Origin: a virus
Taxonomy: Duplodnaviria; Heunggongvirae; Uroviricota; Caudoviricetes
Direction: 5' to 3' (one strand)
Virus record (IMG/VR): IMGVR_UViG_2713897073_000008
DNA: 15,944 bases
The translations under genes were made by a program, and so were the position numbers. Every line of letters begins with the position of its first letter. The first letter of the stretch is position 1. Under the pieces are notes generated by a model that did not search any database, was not told where the DNA came from, and worked only from the letters and a program-made list of their open reading frames with translations. Below are positions 14,423 to 15,944 of the stretch, piece by piece.

Positions 14423-14842
14423 ATGGTTCATGAAGATAAAGCGCGTAAAGAGTTCGCCAGTAGGCTTGCGCTAGCCTGTGAAAACGCTGGTTATGAACAA
14501 CATGGAAGGCAGGCAGAAATTGCCCGTCGAATGAAATTAACACCAAAAGCGGTTAGCAAATGGTTTAATGGCGAAACAATTCCTCGCCGGGAGAAATTAA
14601 GGGAATTAGCAACACTAATAGGAACAACACCAACCTATCTTTTGGGAGAGGATACAGAAGAAAGTGGACAGGTACGTTTCTATCAGGAGTTAAATCCAAG
14701 ACAAAAAATCATCATTGACCTTCTGGACGAGCTCCCTGACAGTGAGACAGATGAACTTTTAAAAACTCTTGAAGAGAAAAAACAGAAGTACAATGCAATT
14801 TACGAAGAGTTAGCACGAAAGAAAAAACAAAAAGCCTCTTAA
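14423..14842 (+). CDS. XRE-family HTH prophage repressor (cI/RacR-like, 139 aa) without a recognisable S24 peptidase domain
   Basis: N-terminal HTH (QAEIARRMKLTPKAVSKWFNGETIP), K/E-rich C-terminus. Divergent from the Cro-like gene; no obvious SD (leaderless-like). Confidence 0.7.
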   Translation: MVHEDKARKEFASRLALACENAGYEQHGRQAEIARRMKLTPKAVSKWFNGETIPRREKLRELATLIGTTPTYLLGEDTEESGQVRFYQELNPRQKIIIDLLDELPDSETDELLKTLEEKKQKYNAIYEELARKKKQKAS

Positions 14843-14917
14843 ACCAGCATAAATCCGGTAGCGCCTTCCTCCGGGTTTGTGCTTCACTTTATCCCATCTC
14901 ATTTTTTTACACACAAA

Positions 14918-14958
14918 ATGTACTAAAAGTACTTTACAACAATGAACGCAAAGTACAT
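14918..14958. promoter_or_regulatory. Operator-like cluster downstream of the repressor gene: ATGTACT (inverted), AAGTACT and AGTACAT heptamers; candidate PL/OL-type region
   Basis: aaaATGTACTaaAAGTACTttacaacaatgaacgcaAAGTACATtat; the same heptamer family as in the 14344..14422 region. Confidence 0.35.
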
Positions 14959-15139
14959 TATATGCCTACCACCCACCCCGCCCCACAGAATGCAGGGCAA
15001 TACTTCGAGTTACCAAGCAGTGGTCAGGGGTTAAGTAGCCAGCCCGAGGCGTAAGAACATGACGGCAGGGTTCAACTTTAATAACTATGCAGCAGGTTTT
15101 TGTTCCGCTACCCCGGCGTTAAGGGGAAATGAGGTCAGC

Positions 15140-15295
15140 ATGGATACTATCGATCTTGGCAACAGCGAATCTCTGGTATGTGGCGTGTTCCCCAACCAGG
15201 ACGGTACGTTCACCGCGATGACGTATACCAAAAGCAAAACGTTTAAAACCGAAAATGGTGCCCGTCGCTGGCTGGAAAGAAACTCAGGTGAGTGA
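15140..15295 (+). CDS. Small early-left operon protein (51 aa; Rac YdaF-like position)
   Basis: GAGG SD 5-8 nt upstream of ATG 15140. The longer ORF from 15059 lacks an SD. Confidence 0.5.
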   Translation: MDTIDLGNSESLVCGVFPNQDGTFTAMTYTKSKTFKTENGARRWLERNSGE

Positions 15296-15296
15296 T

Positions 15297-15425
15297 ATGG
15301 ATTTCGACACAATCATGGAAAAGGCTTACGAAGAATACTTCGAAGGCCTTGCCGAAGGCGAAGAAGCTCTCAGCTTCAGCGAATTTAAACGGGCGCTTTC
15401 CAGCTCGGCAAAATCTAACGGCTGA
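15297..15425 (+). CDS. Small acidic protein (42 aa), translationally coupled to the upstream gene
   Basis: tgaTatg junction with GGTGAG SD inside the upstream gene end. MDFDTIMEKAYEEYFEGLAEGEEALSFSEFKRALSSSAKSNG. Below the ORF-table cutoff; the competing 15292..15501 frame is Arg-rich and implausible. Confidence 0.4.
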   Translation: MDFDTIMEKAYEEYFEGLAEGEEALSFSEFKRALSSSAKSNG

Positions 15426-15454
15426 TAAGCGAAACAGCACCGCGAGGAATCAGT

Positions 15455-15673
15455 ATGCAGAAACGAGAACCCGTCATCATCGCGCCAGACTATACCGATG
15501 ATGAGCTTTATGAGTGGATGCGCCAGAAAATTAAGGCCGCGCAGGACCTGAAATGGGCCAATGAAGCCAAGGCTAAGCAGGCTGAAAATCTGTCCGCTCT
15601 GGAGCAGGATATCACCAATTTGGAAAAAGCAGCGGCATTAAGCATTGCCAGAATGATTACATACCCACGTTAA
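15455..15673 (+). CDS. Hypothetical phage early protein (72 aa)
   Basis: GAGGAA SD 4 nt upstream of ATG. Coiled-coil-like K/A/E-rich sequence. Confidence 0.55.
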   Translation: MQKREPVIIAPDYTDDELYEWMRQKIKAAQDLKWANEAKAKQAENLSALEQDITNLEKAAALSIARMITYPR

Positions 15674-15695
15674 TAGCTAACCAACGAGGCTAATA

Positions 15696-15944
15696 ATGGA
15701 ATTTAAAGATTTACCAATGCAATTCCAGGAAATGGCAGCGAATATAGTTCGTTCCCAACTGGCGACTCTTGACCTGAGTACCGTAGAAAAAGAAACCATC
15801 GATACTATATCCGGTAACGTGCGTCGTGCCTTTATCGGTCTGTACGAAGAGAAGCAGCTCTCTGATAACCAGGATTTACATGAAAAATACCTCCTGGAAT
15901 TAATGGATATCATTGATAAGGGGTTTGGCGGTAATGACTCCAAC
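15696..15944 (+). CDS. Hypothetical phage early protein, 5' partial (83 codons, continues beyond window end)
   Basis: ACGAGG SD 6 nt upstream of ATG 15696. Frame open to the window edge. Preferred over the antisense ORF 15677..15943, which is Ser/Cys/Arg-rich. Confidence 0.5.
   Translation, partial: MEFKDLPMQFQEMAANIVRSQLATLDLSTVEKETIDTISGNVRRAFIGLYEEKQLSDNQDLHEKYLLELMDIIDKGFGGNDSN

Noticed and set aside
15292-15501. Plus-strand 69 aa ORF
   Set aside because: Arg/Lys-rich out-of-frame product overlapping two better small genes (15297..15425 and 15455..15673), each with its own SD.
15677-15943. Minus-strand 88 aa ORF at the window end
   Set aside because: Ser/Cys/Arg-rich antisense shadow of a plus-strand ORF (15696 onward) that has a good SD and continues the co-oriented early-left operon.

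Overview
The window reads as a segment of a defective, mosaic lambdoid prophage (Rac/DLP12/933W-like) whose rightward and late genes lie on the minus strand. From high to low coordinates: an early-left operon of small genes and a leaderless XRE-type repressor (+ strand, 14.4-15.9 kb), then divergently a Cro/YdaS-like HTH, a YdaT/CII-like gene, an O-like replication initiator carrying internal iteron arrays, a nin-type region (hypothetical, DUF968/HNH-like, RusA, Q antiterminator), a tightly packed four-tRNA cluster with its own promoter, an S21-type pinholin with no adjacent endolysin, a portal-like remnant and tail-fibre-assembly (tfa) 3' remnants. Embedded in this backbone are several visibly AT-rich cargo modules that are the best candidates for undescribed biology: (1) a three-gene operon at 4.6-6.2 kb encoding a 292-303 aa protein with a glycine-zipper hydrophobic core plus two small membrane proteins, on the opposite strand between Q and the late region; (2) a two-gene operon at 8.3-10.0 kb (unknown 197 aa protein plus an XRE-HTH/ImmA-IrrE HExxH metallopeptidase fusion, RosmerTA-like) bracketed by two identical 22-bp terminator hairpins; (3) an orphan, motif-degenerate ParA/MinD-like ATPase at 10.5-11.5 kb; (4) a SAM-dependent methyltransferase flanked by diverged direct repeats of the tfa 3' end. 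All calls rest on reading the sequence and recalled family signatures; no database search or computation was run.
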